NCBI RefSeq assembly: GCF_009914755.1
Contig: NC_060930.1
Length of the DNA stretch: 64,000 nucleotides
Reading direction: 5' to 3' (one strand)
DNA from: the human T2T-CHM13v2.0 reference genome, Homo sapiens
In this document: positions 1 through 13,782 of the stretch, piece after piece
Numbering within the stretch: position 1 is the stretch's first letter
Layout: each line of letters opens with the position of its first letter
The notes under the pieces: model-generated
What the model was told of the DNA's origin: nothing
The model's input: the letters and a program-made list of their open reading frames with translations, nothing else
The model's database searches: none
Translations under genes and position numbers: made by a program

Positions 1-330
1 TTTCTGTTTTTTAAAAATTCATATTTATCATGTTATATTCTTGAAATATGTGATTTCTGAATTGTTTACTCCATGCATTAATCTGTGTCCTTCATTCAAG
101 AATTTATATTGTTCAGGTTACAATAACTGTATGCATTTTAATATCTAAAATGTTAGCCTACCCTCAATACTCTTTGTTTTTAAAATTTGCCTGGTTTTTC
201 TTGTTTTTTCTTACATGAAGTTTACACTGTTTGTCTTTTTTTAAAGGAAGCTACGTGTATTTTTATTTGAATGCATGTTAATAGATGGACTTATCACTCT
301 TGTATTAACTATTATTGTTTTGTGATTACT
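1..330 (-). mobile_element. Old L1 (L1M) ORF2 fragment
   Basis: T-rich degenerate sequence resembling antisense L1 ORF2 3' region; boundaries approximate. Confidence 0.45.
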
Positions 331-332
331 AC

Positions 333-770
<438 letters not shown>

Positions 771-944
771 TAGTGATTACTATGATTTAATCTTTGTGAT
801 TACTTAATGAAAAGTACGCAGTCTTCCATGAAGTACTCATAGAATTTTCACTGTATAGGAGGCCCAATGCATAACTTAATGTGACCAATAAACAGAGAAA
901 TATTTTTGCTAAGCTAAATTTTACAAAACTGTTTACTTTCAAGT

Positions 945-1110
945 TTAATGGTCAAAAGAGAAGACTGTTAAGCTAGACTACCCAAGTTCTAATCTATTTT
1001 GTTATTTACTCCCTGTGTAACTTTGGGCAAGTTACTGAACCTATGCCTCAGTTTCTTCACATGTAAAATGTGGATAGTAATAGTACATACTTCAGTAAAA
1101 TATTGAGTGG
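945..1110 (+). mobile_element. MIR
   Basis: Core ctttgggcaagttactgaacctatgcctcagtttcttcacatgtaaaatg. Confidence 0.85.
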
Positions 1111-1139
1111 AAAAAAATGAGCACCACCTACATCAACGT

Positions 1140-2250
1140 ACAGCCTTATCAAAATTAAGCTCATCAGGAGTAAAAAACATAAACATAAAATCTTTCAGTA
1201 AAGAAAAAAATGCAGTTCAAATACAAATGATTAGACATCAGAATAACTTTGAGCTTTTCGATAACAACACTGGAAACGAGATGCAAATGAAACATTCCCT
1301 TAAAAATTCTGAGAGAAAATAATTTTCAAGTTGGAATTCTAAACCTGCTTCAAGCATAAACCATATGTGGGAAGATAAATGAAGACATTTTCAGAGATGG
1401 AAGGTCTCAAAAATTCTATACCATGAACCCCTTTTTGCAGGAAGATATGGGAAGATCTGCTTACCAAAATGAGACTGTAAAGCAAGAAAAAGAGAGGAAT
1501 AAGACTGAGTAAACAAAAGATTTATCTTGGAAGCGAAAAAGAGAAAAATCTCTAGAAAGAAGGTAAAAGAAAACCCTAAGCAAGTCTCTCTGCAGCTATT
1601 CTATTACAGAGCAAACAATCCAGAGTAGTGGAGAATGTCAGGGGCACCAGGAAGGTTATTTTTTGGGGGGAAAGTGTACCTGTAGATTATCTGTAGTGTT
1701 TGATGCCATCAAGAAAGCCTTCCTGTTTTTACAGAAGGCTTGTGGATCAATTAGTCATCATTAAAACAAAAAATCCCTCAATTAAAAAATTACAGCTATC
1801 ACGAACCTCAAAGAGAAGAAAAGTTGTATAAGAAAATAAGTTGTATAAAGTTATAAGATGCAATTGAGCTAAAAGTTGATTTATAGTTCAAATCAGTATA
1901 GATTAAAAAATTACTGAATAAATTCACTGAGAAGATAGAAAAGAAGTATTTGTGTATATATGTGTACATACATGTATGTGGGGACATGACCTAAGGTGAT
2001 AAATTCTTGTATTTTATAGGCAGAAAGTCAACAAACTATGTTAAAAATCTTAAAATTAACAAATATTCCTGCATATATCACTTATTTAAAAAAATAAGAG
2101 TTAGGAAAAAAATTGAAATTTGATTGAAATTGGTGCTTTTTAGATAAGAATTTAGAGACAGGAAGATGAGGTTGGAGATGGCACTTTTGTTCTTGTAAAC
2201 CTTATATTATTTGCCCTTTAAATAATGTTTATGCATTTTTTCATAAAATT
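1140..2250 (+). mobile_element. HAL1 / old L1 ORF1-related fragment
   Basis: aaattctgagagaaaataattttcaa...gaagacattttcaga...ggtctcaaaaattc resembles the HAL1 ORF1 end; A-rich strand bias. Confidence 0.6.
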
Positions 2251-2352
2251 CAAATTGAAGTTCCAAAACTTAATTTGACTTAATAATCATTTTTAGAAAG
2301 ATAGAAAAATATGAAAACGTGGAGTTTATTACACAGTTGAAGAAATATTTTT

Positions 2353-2685
<333 letters not shown>

Positions 2686-3219
2686 AAGAAATATTGTTAT
2701 TGGTTAGAGGACCAGTGACCATGTTTATAGGCAGAAGGGAAGGATGTATTAGAGAAAGCAGACTATAATGAAGAAGGGATGTCATTAAACAAGCAAATAG
2801 ATTGAGTTAAACATCCAGAGTATCTACACAGTGATTCACTAAAGGCCAAATGCAAAACGAAGTCAGTAACACAGAAAAATAATTTAAATTGATCAATTTA
2901 TTAATAAATTGTATATATAAGTTATATGTGTATATTTCCTTGTGTTTTATCTTGTACCAGGAACAAGGCTACCTTTTTGCTCTAAAACAATTGAAAGAAA
3001 TTGAATTTATGGACTAAAAAGAAAAATTTGAAATTTTAAGATTTGTGAGATGTAAATTCAGTAATAAAATAACTGCTATTTTGTTGGACATTTAAGAAGA
3101 GAACTATTTATTAATGTCTAATTGTTTTCTATTATTATTAAATTGCTCAGCATTTCAAATGGATTCTGTGTGAAAATAAGTACAATGCTGATTTCCTATT
3201 AAAAACTGGGCCATTTTTA

Positions 3220-3352
3220 TTTCAACTTTCTTTTTAAGAGACAGGGTCCTGCTATGTTGCCCAGGCTGGTCTCTAACTCCCAGGCTCAAGAAATCCTCCC
3301 ACTTAGCCTCTTCAGTAGCTGGGATTACAAGCATGAGCCAAAGTGCCTGGCT
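3220..3352 (-). mobile_element. Alu monomer (FLAM)
   Basis: Single arm; flanked by aaa(a/t)actggg(c/a)catttt repeats (TSD-like). Confidence 0.9.
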
Positions 3353-4754
3353 GCAAATACTGGGACATTTTAAAATAATGATTTGTCCACAATTCTTTTT
3401 TCAAGCTAATAATTTCTTAAACTGATGCATGAGGACTTCATTAGTGACCATTAGCACATTAGCACTGTGTTTACTGAACAAGAAAGAATAATTTTTTGTG
3501 GTTCCACTTGCCTCTTTATTCCTCAGAATAATTACTGATTTTGGTTGTTATGGTCCTAAGAATAAAAAGTTAAATGATCAATTTATTATATCAGACTCTA
3601 CACATTAGCATAGACACAATTATAAAAGCTATTTATGAATAATGATAATTTAAAAACATACAAGTATGTCTTTAAAATATATATTATATATATTATACAT
3701 AATATATTTATATCATTTTATATATATATTTGTCTCAATAATATACTAATTCAATCCCTCTTGAGCATATTTACTTATACAAAGTTGAATTATTGTTTGT
3801 TTCTTTTTTTCTTGTTTTAGTAAGATAATTCTTGCTCCTTTTAAGGAATAACAAATGGACTGGTTGAAAGTACAATATACAGGAAGAGTAAAGACAGATA
3901 CAATTAGCATTCTTATGCATTTCACCATGGAGTACATGGAAAATTGCTTCAGTGTGTCAGTACACAATGATCACAATACATGCAAAATGACTGACGTTTG
4001 GAATATAGTAGTCAACCCAAAACAACAAAACCTAAATAATTCATCAACTGTAGAATTACCTACAATTACCCAAAAGACTCCGTGGGATGTGTTTCCAGTG
4101 AAATACATCTATTTCCTTGAGTAAACAAAACCACCAGCAAAAAAGAAATTGCTTAATGACATTGGTATTCCAAACAATAGTCCTCTACATGTCTTCTTTT
4201 TCTCACGTAGCCAAACAGCTGAATTTTAACTAAACTTGTTTAAAGAGCTCACTTATTAGGGGATTTTAGTTTCTTTTCAAGATAAAAGGAGAAAAGAAAA
4301 TGTAAGTTCAGATTTTAGAAAAAATACTCTGTTCCTGACACTTTATCATTACTCATCTCAGGTCAGCACTTGACCTCCAAATATTACTGACATAGACAGC
4401 GATTTAAAAAATACCAAAGACAAAATAGGGGTTTTGTGAGAGGAAGTACTTAATTTGGAAATCAACTCTCTTCTTTAGAACTGATAGTTGTTCAGACATT
4501 TCTACTGGTATCTGACCTTTATTAGCTCCTTCCTGAGTGAAGAGTGGTCCAGTGACTACCTGTGGAGCCACTCAGACACTGGAGATGGGAATTTTTATCC
4601 CAGGATTATAGATCAGAAGCTAGGTCTAGAGAAATAAGTGACTTTACCAGGCTTACATTGCAGCTGTCTTGACCTGACTCAGAAAATTTTTCAAGCAGTC
4701 AGTTGAGTCCAGTGACAGTCATTTCTTGTTAGACATTATGTACATTTAGAACAG

Positions 4755-4918
4755 CAGGTCTTGACCCTGGCTGTGCATTAGAATCATATGAACTATAGTG
4801 ATGCCCTAGGCTCTGGCCCAACCTATTTGATCAGAATCTCTGGGGATGAAGTCCTGGGGCCTTTTAAAAAAATTAACTCCCCATGTAAGTCATATGTGCA
4901 GCCAGTTTGACAATGCTG
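4755..4918. mobile_element. MER5A-like hAT-Charlie MITE
   Basis: ctggctgtgcattagaatca...tcagaatctctgggg...tgtgcagccagtttga. Confidence 0.75.
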
Positions 4919-5146
4919 ATTTAGAAAAATGTTTAATTAATATTTGATATTTTGAATAGAATGTATTAAGGCAAGATGTTATATTTTCACAGATTTAGTA
5001 AAGAATTTTAATTGTAACTAAATTTATATTTTCACATTTGTTATAGGCATATTTTAGCAATAGTAAAATAGCTTAGATTTGTAAAACTTTTCATTAAAAA
5101 CCAGGGAAAGGAAACTGAATTGTTAGAATCCTGGCCCTAACCTACC

Positions 5147-5533
5147 TGTATCAATCAAGATAGGCTAGATTTTGCAGAGGTACATATAACCCAACATTCT
5201 AGTGACTTACAACAGCAGTTTATTCCTTGTTCAGGCTACCTCTTTATTGTTGGTTAGCAAGGGGCCTCTTTTCAATGAGTCACTCAATGACCCAGGCTGA
5301 CAGAGGATCATTGAGACAAGCTTCCTATGATCACAAAAGCTGAGGACAGAGTGTGACTGTACAGTGGCTCTTAAGTGATTGACAGGAAGTGACCAACATA
5401 TCACTTCTTATATTTCCTTGGACAAAGCAACTTACGTGGTTGCACCTGGTTTAGAGCAGATGAAGGATTGAAGTCCTATCATGTAATCAGAACAAGAGAA
5501 CTGACATTTAGGAGCAGTCCTATCACTACCACA
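5147..5533 (-). mobile_element. Old MLT1 (K/L-like) MaLR solo LTR
   Basis: tgta...aca termini; tcactcaatgacccaggctgacagagg and gaagtgac motifs typical of antisense MLT1K. Confidence 0.7.
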
Positions 5534-5821
5534 CTAGTCTAACTAGTCCTACAACCCCAAGGAGGTAGCTACCAGAAATGCATAGCACAACTTTCAGAGG
5601 CAATAGTGTTTAAGACAGTCAGTAAACAGCTATGTGCCAGTCATAGAAAATAGAAATGCATGGGAGACGAAGGGATATAAAACAGAAGGTATGGTAAGTA
5701 TAAAAGCCCTTGGGAGCTGTATACTATATTGAGGAGTTACATTATTTATGGGAAAATGAATAAAATGGAGAGGCTGTCACAGGCCCAGGACTTTGTAAGT
5801 TCTTTTGGTGATTTGTATTTC

Positions 5822-6075
5822 ATAATTATCGTAGTTAACATATATTGAGCACATACCAGGTGCCACTTTTCTAAGTATTTTATGTGTTGAAACTTATATA
5901 ATTCTAACAATGATCCTATAAGGTATGTGTAATTGTTATTTCCTTTTTATAGATAATGATACTGAGACATTGAGGCAAAATACCTTCTCAACGTAGTGAC
6001 CTCGTAAGTGGCAGAGGTAGGATTGATCCCAAGTGGTCTGGGCCCTGAGTCCTAATGTTTAATCATACACTGTGT
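5822..6075 (-). mobile_element. Near full-length MIR
   Basis: tattgagcacataccaggtgcca...actgagac...gtaagtggcagaggtaggattga. Confidence 0.9.
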
Positions 6076-6496
6076 ACTAAATAATGGTAGGATTTCAGAT
6101 ATGGAGATGGCCTAAGAGTTACTCAATTCAAGATTTTCTTTTCACAAGTTAACACTATTAAGCAATAACTAAGCTGGACATAGAACCAAAGGCAACTGAT
6201 ATTTACCCCAACGTCTATCCATTGCATATACAGCTCCCTTACCAGTGAAGTAATATTACTTCTTTGAAGCTATCAGAAAAGAGATATCTATCTACAATAA
6301 ATCTAGGGTGCATGAGGGCAATGAGAGTCAGGCTCAGTGCACTTCCTCCAGGCTTCCAGGTGTGCCCCATACAGGGTACCTGTATGGCTGAACATGTGTG
6401 TTGAGACAAAACGCAGCCTGGACACTGCTAGTTAAGATCTATGGCCTGGGTTATTAAAGCCATAGGAAGGAGTGCTTTTTGCTAATTTTAACAGAG

Positions 6497-6730
6497 CAGG
6501 TTTTTTAAAACTCAGTACTATTAACATTTTAAGCCAGATTATTCCTTGTTACAGAGGGCTACCCTACACATTAGCAGCATCTCTGAACTCTATCTGCTAG
6601 CTACTAGTAACATCACCCTCCTCTCGCCCTCCTCCCAGTAGCAACAAGCAAAAATGTCTCCAGGCATTGCCAGATGTCCCTGGAGTGAAGGTGATAGGAA
6701 GGCAAAAATCACCCAGGTTGAAAACCACTG
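6497..6730. mobile_element. MER20 hAT-Charlie MITE
   Basis: aaaatgtctccaggcattgccagatgtcccctgg-like core; terminal ttgaaaaccactg. Confidence 0.9.
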
Positions 6731-7034
6731 CTAATAGAGGCATGTTTTACTCAAAAATCTGTGTGTCCCTGGGGCTATCTCTCTCTGCAGAAATGGCCCC
6801 TTTTTCTGAATCATATACAGTTTAAGTGGTGGCAGAGAAATTACATTTCTTTGAATTTCTGTTGGCTTCTTCTGAACCCTACTAGCAGCAGCATTACTAA
6901 CATTTATTTCCTCAAGAAAAGGTGTTTAGAAGATTAAGTAAGTTCAAAGAGTGCATTCTTTCAATCCAAATGATGAATGTTAAAAAATATAGCATGTCAT
7001 TCCTTAAGAACACTAGCACAGACATGGATATGTG

Positions 7035-7432
7035 TGCACCAGAGAGGTTCACCAAAGAGTCCTTCTCCTCCATGACAATGCTCCTGCTCATTCTTCTTAT
7101 CCAATAAGGGCTATTTTGTGAAAGTTTTGATGGCAAATCATTAGCATCCACCTTACAGTCCTGGTTTGGCTTCTCTGGCTTCTTTTTGTTGTCTAATCTT
7201 AAACAATTTGGGAAAGGCACGCATTTCTCTTCACTTAATAATGTAAAAAAGACTTCATTAACATGGTTAAATTCTCACAACTCTCAGCTCTTTAGGGGTG
7301 GGCTAAGTGGCTGATATAATGTCTTACAAAAGTGTCTCAAAATTGATGTATCTTATGTTAACAAAGAAAGCTTATATTTTTTATTTTTATCTTTTAATTC
7401 CATCTTTCCACAAATTTTTGAAGTTCTCTCAT
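7035..7432 (+). mobile_element. Hsmar2 mariner DNA transposon, 3' ~400 bp (dead transposase C-terminus and 3' TIR remnant)
   Basis: Translates RVLLLHDNAPAHSS (CATGACAAT at 7071) and HPPYSPGLA (mariner YSPDL motif), with stops and frameshifts; ends in tttttgaagttctctc. Confidence 0.9.
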
Positions 7433-7540
7433 GTGTAAACTGATTCCATTTACATTTAAAATTTTCATTATGATAATGCACATTAGAATACAGAGGGAAA
7501 AGTCTCTGAAGAGAAACGAGATTGGGAGAGAATGAAAGGG

Positions 7541-7542
<2 letters not shown>

Positions 7543-7580
<38 letters not shown>
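7543..7580. repeat. (GT)19 microsatellite
   Basis: Perfect dinucleotide run. Confidence 0.98.
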
Positions 7581-7583
<3 letters not shown>

Positions 7584-8450
7584 CACATTATATTGCTTAG
7601 TTTTCATATTTAAAAGTAATATAGTAGCAAACTTCATTAAACATGATAAATGACATCTTTGTGGGCTAGAATGGAAATGGATCTATAGGTGATTTAAAAG
7701 GGTCCTATTCAGATGTATGGAATTATTATTTAAGTCCGATAAAAGACAAGCATTAAGCTTTTTCTGTCTTTTAAAGGAAATGGACATTCAATCATTGCAA
7801 ATAAGCAAAGGGTGTTTACTAGAGTTCTAGTTTTCAAAAATGATCTCTCACAGAGTGACACTTCTCTTTTCTTTTGATAATAAAAATATACTTTTCTTGC
7901 CAATATTCCAAAAAAATGAGAATTTTTATTGTATTTAACTTCAATTCCAGATAAATTTTTAAAATGCCATTCTGACAAATGTAAGAGGTCAGGTTTCTAA
8001 GTGAAAGCACGATAGAAGTGACCGGCATAGTGTACATGGTCTTCATACTAGACAAAGAAGATTCAAATTAGGTTTAAAAATATAATTAAAAATACTTATT
8101 AAACAAAAATGGATATAAAACTTATATTTTAATAAATTATCATTGCCTAGGAGCAGGGTATTAATAAACTCTAAAAATTTCTTCTATTATTCGTAATTCT
8201 TTAGAGTTTTAGAATAATCAGTTCCACAATGCTTAGATGAATGAGTATTTTCAAAATAATAAATGATCTCAATAATAAAAGCTCTTTCAAGGTTAAGTTT
8301 TTAAAAGCAGGGGAAAAATGCTTCTTTTCTTGTGTATGTTTGAGTTTAACCTTGAACAAACCAGCTAATCATTTTCTATTCCAACATCTTTACATTGGAT
8401 GGACACAGAATGATTTTATTCACCTGGGCTTTCTCTGCACTTGGGAGTCA

Positions 8451-8569
8451 GCTGAGTCATCTGGCTTCTTCCTACTCATGAGAGGCAGGTTTTATCTTGT
8501 TAGCTTTATTCACCTTGAAAATGCAGCACAACTATGGCTATGCGTATGTTGGTCTTCCTGGATGACTCA
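8451..8569. promoter_or_regulatory. Candidate enhancer: ARE/NF-E2 site plus ETS-AP-1 composite
   Basis: GCTGAGTCAT (8451-8460; reverse ATGACTCAGC) and CTTCCTGGATGACTCA (8554-8569) in non-repeat DNA; motif evidence only. Confidence 0.4.
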
Positions 8570-9440
8570 AGCATACAAAGCATACAATTGGGAAAACAAA
8601 AAGTTCACACATTCTGTTTCTACTTCAATTAACAACTGTATTATAAACTGACAGATAACTAATGAAATATAATGGTTATGGAAACATAATAGCTCAATCG
8701 AATGGGTTGCAATTAAAAGCTTATCATTGCCCACTTTTGTTATTCTGTGGTGCTCTGAAACCTCTAGAATGTAATTAATATTTCATACAATTCATAGCTT
8801 CTAAATGAATTTTTACATTACATCAATGGGCAAAAATTAATTAACAATCATCAACAGACTGCATAGGAATGTCTTGTTTACAGAAAGATTATTGTCCAAC
8901 TCAACTTTAGACAAATAATTACCTGCTACACACTAGGGAGAATTTACAGTATTATGGAGACCTCCACATGGATGACTTTTTGAGTGAATTATTGTTAAAC
9001 AAACTGTTAGAGAGTTGAAAACCCTTGTCCTACATGTAATAGCAATTAGGAGAGTTAATTAATATTCTATGTAGAATACTGGTGAGAAATATAGTATTCA
9101 AGGTACTACTGCTGCAATGAAGGATGTGTAGAAGTTTGTCATAGCCCAGTATGATATTATCACTTTCTTTAATTAAAAGTAATATTTCCTTTAAGAATCT
9201 AGAACCATTTAAGGTCAAAAACCATTATTACTATTTATTGTTTTTAAACCTCTTAATCACTCAATATTATGCAACCTATTTTTTTTTGCAAAAAGTTATC
9301 GCCTCCTTAAGTTGGAACTATTTTTGTGATAGGCAGATATAACCCAATGCACATTTTTAGGCTGCTGGATTTTGTATAATATTTTTCTAAATATGCATCA
9401 AATAACCAAGATAAATCCTTTCTGAAATATGGCAGGGAGT

Positions 9441-9517
9441 AGATAGATGGATGGGAAGATAGACAAATAGCAGATAGATAACAGATGATTAGGATGCTGG
9501 CTAGGTAGATGACAGAC
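9441..9517. repeat. Degenerate (GATA/GACA)n
   Basis: agatagatggatgg...agatagacaaatagcagatagataacagat. Confidence 0.6.
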
Positions 9518-10889
9518 ACTTCCTACTTTCTTCAAGACAGCATTCCAGACCTGAGAAGCAAAACTGAAGATGCAATCATAGAAAAAAATCATAGGTTTCT
9601 AATTGTACAATTATATAACTCCTTCTACTATACCTTAAGAAAGAAAATGTATTAACCATTACGACATTGGCATATGCATGAAAAATAACACACTATATGG
9701 TATTAAATCCTTTAGTAATTTTAATATTTTTAATCTGGTTCTTAAACATTTGGCAATTGAATCTCTCTGTTTGAATTTATGAACTTAATCTGCTATGGCT
9801 AATGTCCCCAGTAGGAACTTTAAAACTGAAAAAACATATCTGTATTTTTGTAAACATTGATCTTTGAAATAGTTCAGTGTAAACCTGATCCCCCTGTGAA
9901 TTTGCTGCATGCTATTCTAGGGACTTACAATAACTCAAAAGTGTATGTGCTCTTTTTTGAACATTATTACAGGATCCTCTAAGACTTTACCTTTGAACTT
10001 GCAAGATTTATGTTCTATGTGTATCTCACAAATGACTCCCAAAGTTCTAGTCAGAGTTAGTAAAGTCTGTCCCTCGAGCCTTGGCATATGCGGAAATAGT
10101 TGTAGAGGGCCCGTAACATCATTCAAACCTTGTCTAGATTCTCTGCAGCAGAAACATTAGAAAATAATTCTGACCTTGAGTCCAACCAGCCACAACTGAT
10201 TTACGTGACAGTGTAATTATAGGCATCCAGGAGAATTAGTTGTTTCAATTACAATACCATGTAGATGAGCCAAGGCTGACTAGTTTGATCAAAAGATAGA
10301 GAAAAATATTGGAAAAATTCTCTTCTAAGCAGAAGACCCAGCTTCAGTCACTTAAATACCCTTTAGCTTTTTGTCCTAAACTAAATCCTCACACCTAATT
10401 TATAATTTTATCACAGATTATAGAATAAAAACCTTTGCTAAAACAAAAAAAAAATGTAGCTAGCACTTGCCTTGATCTGCAAAGCATGTCACTCTGTCAT
10501 TGGAGATTAATTTATATATTAATCTGATTGACTCTGTTCTCTAAAAAGTCATGTTCATTTTAACCAGGAACTTATGTCTTTAAGATGTTAGCAAGTGGGA
10601 TTTTATAATGCATTGCTCCCATTTGTTCTTGTTTTCATGGTGAGTTGAGCCCACAGGCCTCTCTCTCTAGTTGAATCCTTTTCTCTTTTTCTTTCTTTTT
10701 CTCTCTCTCTAAAGTTCTATCCTTCTGTGTCTTTCAAAGTAGGCCATTTAGTCATAACAAATGATGAATATGGTTATATCCAATTCTAGATATAGATTTA
10801 ACTGTAATATATATTAAAGCCTTGCTTCTCCCTAATTCACACTAGAAAAATCCTCATTTGGCAAGAATCTAGAGGTTTAACTTTCACCA

Positions 10890-11000
10890 TCAACAACAGC
10901 TGAGTGTTTATTGAGCATTTACTGTGTGCTCTCATTATTATATACAAGAAATAGGTTAATAAAGTTTTCTTGAGGAATTTACAATCTGGATAGGAAAATT
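10890..11000 (-). mobile_element. L2 3' end fragment
   Basis: tttattgagcatttactgtgtg...tgaggaatttacaatct. Confidence 0.6.
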
Positions 11001-11431
11001 GTACAAACTTTTTGGAACAATTAGTACATAATACGGCCATATTTAAAAGTAATTAAAGATGAATCTTAAAAACATCTGTAGGCCACTATAGAAAACTTCT
11101 GTTTTCTAGAAAATTAATTTTAACCTTAGTTTAATCGATTCCTCTATGTCATTTGGTACCAGCAGTAGCAGCCTCTCCAGAGGCATCAGGTAATGGCCAG
11201 GGTGATAGAGAACATAGCTTTTGTACCTTGTTCATAATTATAATTTATATTATAAATATAAATATAGGGAGAACAACAAGTCTCCTAACTATCTATAGCC
11301 ATGGGACTATAAGAACCATATTTTTTCTATGGTTTTTGTAAACAGAAGTTGTATATTTTGATGTTTCTGTCAAGTTGCCCTTTAAGGGACTCATATTCCA
11401 TTGGTTGAATTCTTATTCTTATTCTTGATGC

Positions 11432-11605
11432 GGAGATTTTGAAACTTCAGAGTATACACACATTCCTGAACAGTTTGTTCAATATGGTAATTGACAGCCT
11501 TTACCCACAAAGACTGAACTATAAGTTGTGGGAGCAGGAATCTGCATTTTAAACAAGTACTTCCTATGATTCTTATATAAGTGTCTTTCAGATCATGCTC
11601 TGATA
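11432..11605. mobile_element. MER5B-like MITE
   Basis: caggaatctgcattttaaacaagtac...tgattcttat. Confidence 0.6.
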
Positions 11606-12009
11606 TTCAAGGTTTTAGTAACTTTGGTACTCTATGATATTTCTAATTAGAGGAGCCACCTTTGACTGATTGCCTCTGCATCCATGGCTTCTACAGGTCC
11701 CACCTCAAAACCCATTACCTGCTTGTGTAACTGCATTTATCTGTACTGTCAGATTAGGAACTCAAGTGGCACTTAGACTGAAATACCAGGGGTTCTCAGG
11801 ACCCAAGGATCTGCCAGAGATCAGCAGGACAAATCCATAGAGATGGATTCAATGGCAAGTGGTGAGAGACAATGTAGACATTCAAACAGAGTCCAGGAGA
11901 CAAGAAGGTGAATGCAGCCATCCTCGCAGACAGAGGTCAGCACCTGTCACATTAAAATAATTACACAGAGTGACATGGGGGTTTCACACAAGTCAATGGG
12001 AAAGGCACT

Positions 12010-12195
12010 TTCTCCTACTTTCTATTTCTTCCTATTATATATTGCTTATTGTTAACCTGTATCCACCCACTCCTCCCAAATAGAGTAACCTTCAAGGGAG
12101 CCTCCACTTTCTTATTTACTGCTGTAACTCTCAATGCTTAAATGTGCATGCAGCATCTAGTGTTTGATTAAAAAGAAATTGTTCAATGGAATAAT
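12010..12195 (+). mobile_element. L2 3' end fragment
   Basis: cttatttactgctgtaactctcaatgctta...attgttcaatggaat. Confidence 0.55.
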
Positions 12196-12324
12196 ATTTA
12201 TAAGTAGTAAGGACTTTGGAATGCTTATCAAAATGACAGATGCTTAGTATTCTAATGGACTTTATAACAACTTACTAGCGCTATACATCCAAAATTGAGT
12301 CATCTCCTACCAATATATTTCCCT

Positions 12325-12890
12325 ATTGACATTTCTCCAAAGACAATGGCTCTAAGAGCCATTATTTTCTGATGAAGCCCATTTCATATTTGGAACTTCT
12401 TACTATTAGATAGCTCTTCCTTCTAGTTACTAAAAACCTACCTCTTTGTACCTTGTGTACTTTGGCCCTAGTTCTGCCTGTCAGATCACGACTCTCACAC
12501 TAGACCTCTCTTCTTTGTGGTATCTGTTCATATCTTGACACCTGGCTTTTAATTTTGTCACTCTTATCCAAAATCTTCTCCTCAAAATTAAACCTCCTCA
12601 GTTGTTTTGATCATTCTTTATAAAACATGACTAACATTATGTAATCATTCTTATGGCTTGCCTGCAGAGCTTCTCTTTTGTCAACATTTGTCTAAAATCT
12701 AGACAGCTAGATTTTGAATCAATGATGCAGGCATGATCTGAGAAATATGCTGAGAGGAATAGGACTCTCACAACTTATTTCAGCAATTCTCCTTATGTGA
12801 ACTCGTCTCACAATTGCATCAGTTTTAGTTACTTATTTTTTTCCATCCAAGTTATAGTCTAGAATCATACTGAGCTAATTGTTAATTAAA
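12325..12890 (-). mobile_element. L3/CR1 fragment
   Basis: cttactattagatagctcttcctt...ggccctagttctgcc resembles antisense L3 3' region. Confidence 0.55.
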
Positions 12891-13150
12891 GGCTATTTAC
12901 TCTCCCACTGTATTTATGGTTACTCTAAGCACTTGTGAGGAGATAAAATAATATGTAATATATATTTAAAATGTATATCTGTCTGCAAAAGCTATCAACC
13001 TTTTATAAGAAAAAAAGTATTTAAAATATTTTGTAAAGGCTATTCACCCCATCCATTATTTCAGATACTCAAAAGGCTATCCTCAGATTACTGCTGGTCA
13101 TCGGCAAGCTGCATGCATGAACTGCAATGAACTGGATCCACATGTATTTC

Positions 13151-13178
13151 TTTTTTTTTTTTTTTTTTTTTTTTTTTT
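13151..13178. repeat. T28 homopolymer
   Basis: Direct count. Confidence 0.95.
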
Positions 13179-13525
13179 CAGATTTTCTGAATTTATTTTT
13201 TGTTTAACATGGTTTAAAAATGTATTTTTTTTTAAAAAGAATGGGGGTCAGCCCTGGCTGATAGTCAGCTGCAGGCCCAGTAGAGCTAAACAGGTTGTTG
13301 ATATCAGCATCATTTCTCATTGGTCAGTGCCCAGACAGAATCAGCTGAAGTAGTGCATGTAGTGCATTTAGGGCATATGGTGAACTTATACTTGCTTTAT
13401 TTGATGTAATATGAATTGTTACAACATGTTTTAGTCACAGATCATAAGAGTAGCACACTTCAGTTTCAGTGATGCATTATTCACTTCAGATAGGAAAAAA
13501 AGGTGTTTGCTAAGAGCTCTACATC

Positions 13526-13782
13526 CTTTTCTTTTTTTAACCTTTATTTTAAGCTCAGCGGTACATGTACAGGTTTGTTACATAGGTTAACTTGTGTCAT
13601 GGGGGTTTGTTTTACAGATTATTCCACCACCCAGGTATTAAGCCTAGTACCTGTTAGTTATTTTTCTTGATCCTCTCCCTCCTCCCATGCTCCAGCCTCC
13701 AATAGGCCCCAGTGTGGGTTGTTCCCCTTTGTGTGTCCACGTGTTCTCGTCATTTAGCTCCCACTTATAAGTGAGAACATGG
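13526..13782 (-). mobile_element. L1PA (about PA13-16) 3' UTR end, 5'-truncated
   Basis: gtacatgtacaggtttgttacatagg...catttagctcccacttataagtgagaacat. Confidence 0.92.

Noticed and set aside
3855-4124. 89-aa ATG ORF in unique DNA
   Set aside because: No recognisable domain, promoter context or convincing splice structure; this length is expected by chance
6247-6262. Perfect 16-bp palindrome gaagtaatattacttc (also the 14-bp tgattcatgaatca near 48686)
   Set aside because: About one or more such palindromes are expected by chance in 64 kb of AT-rich DNA
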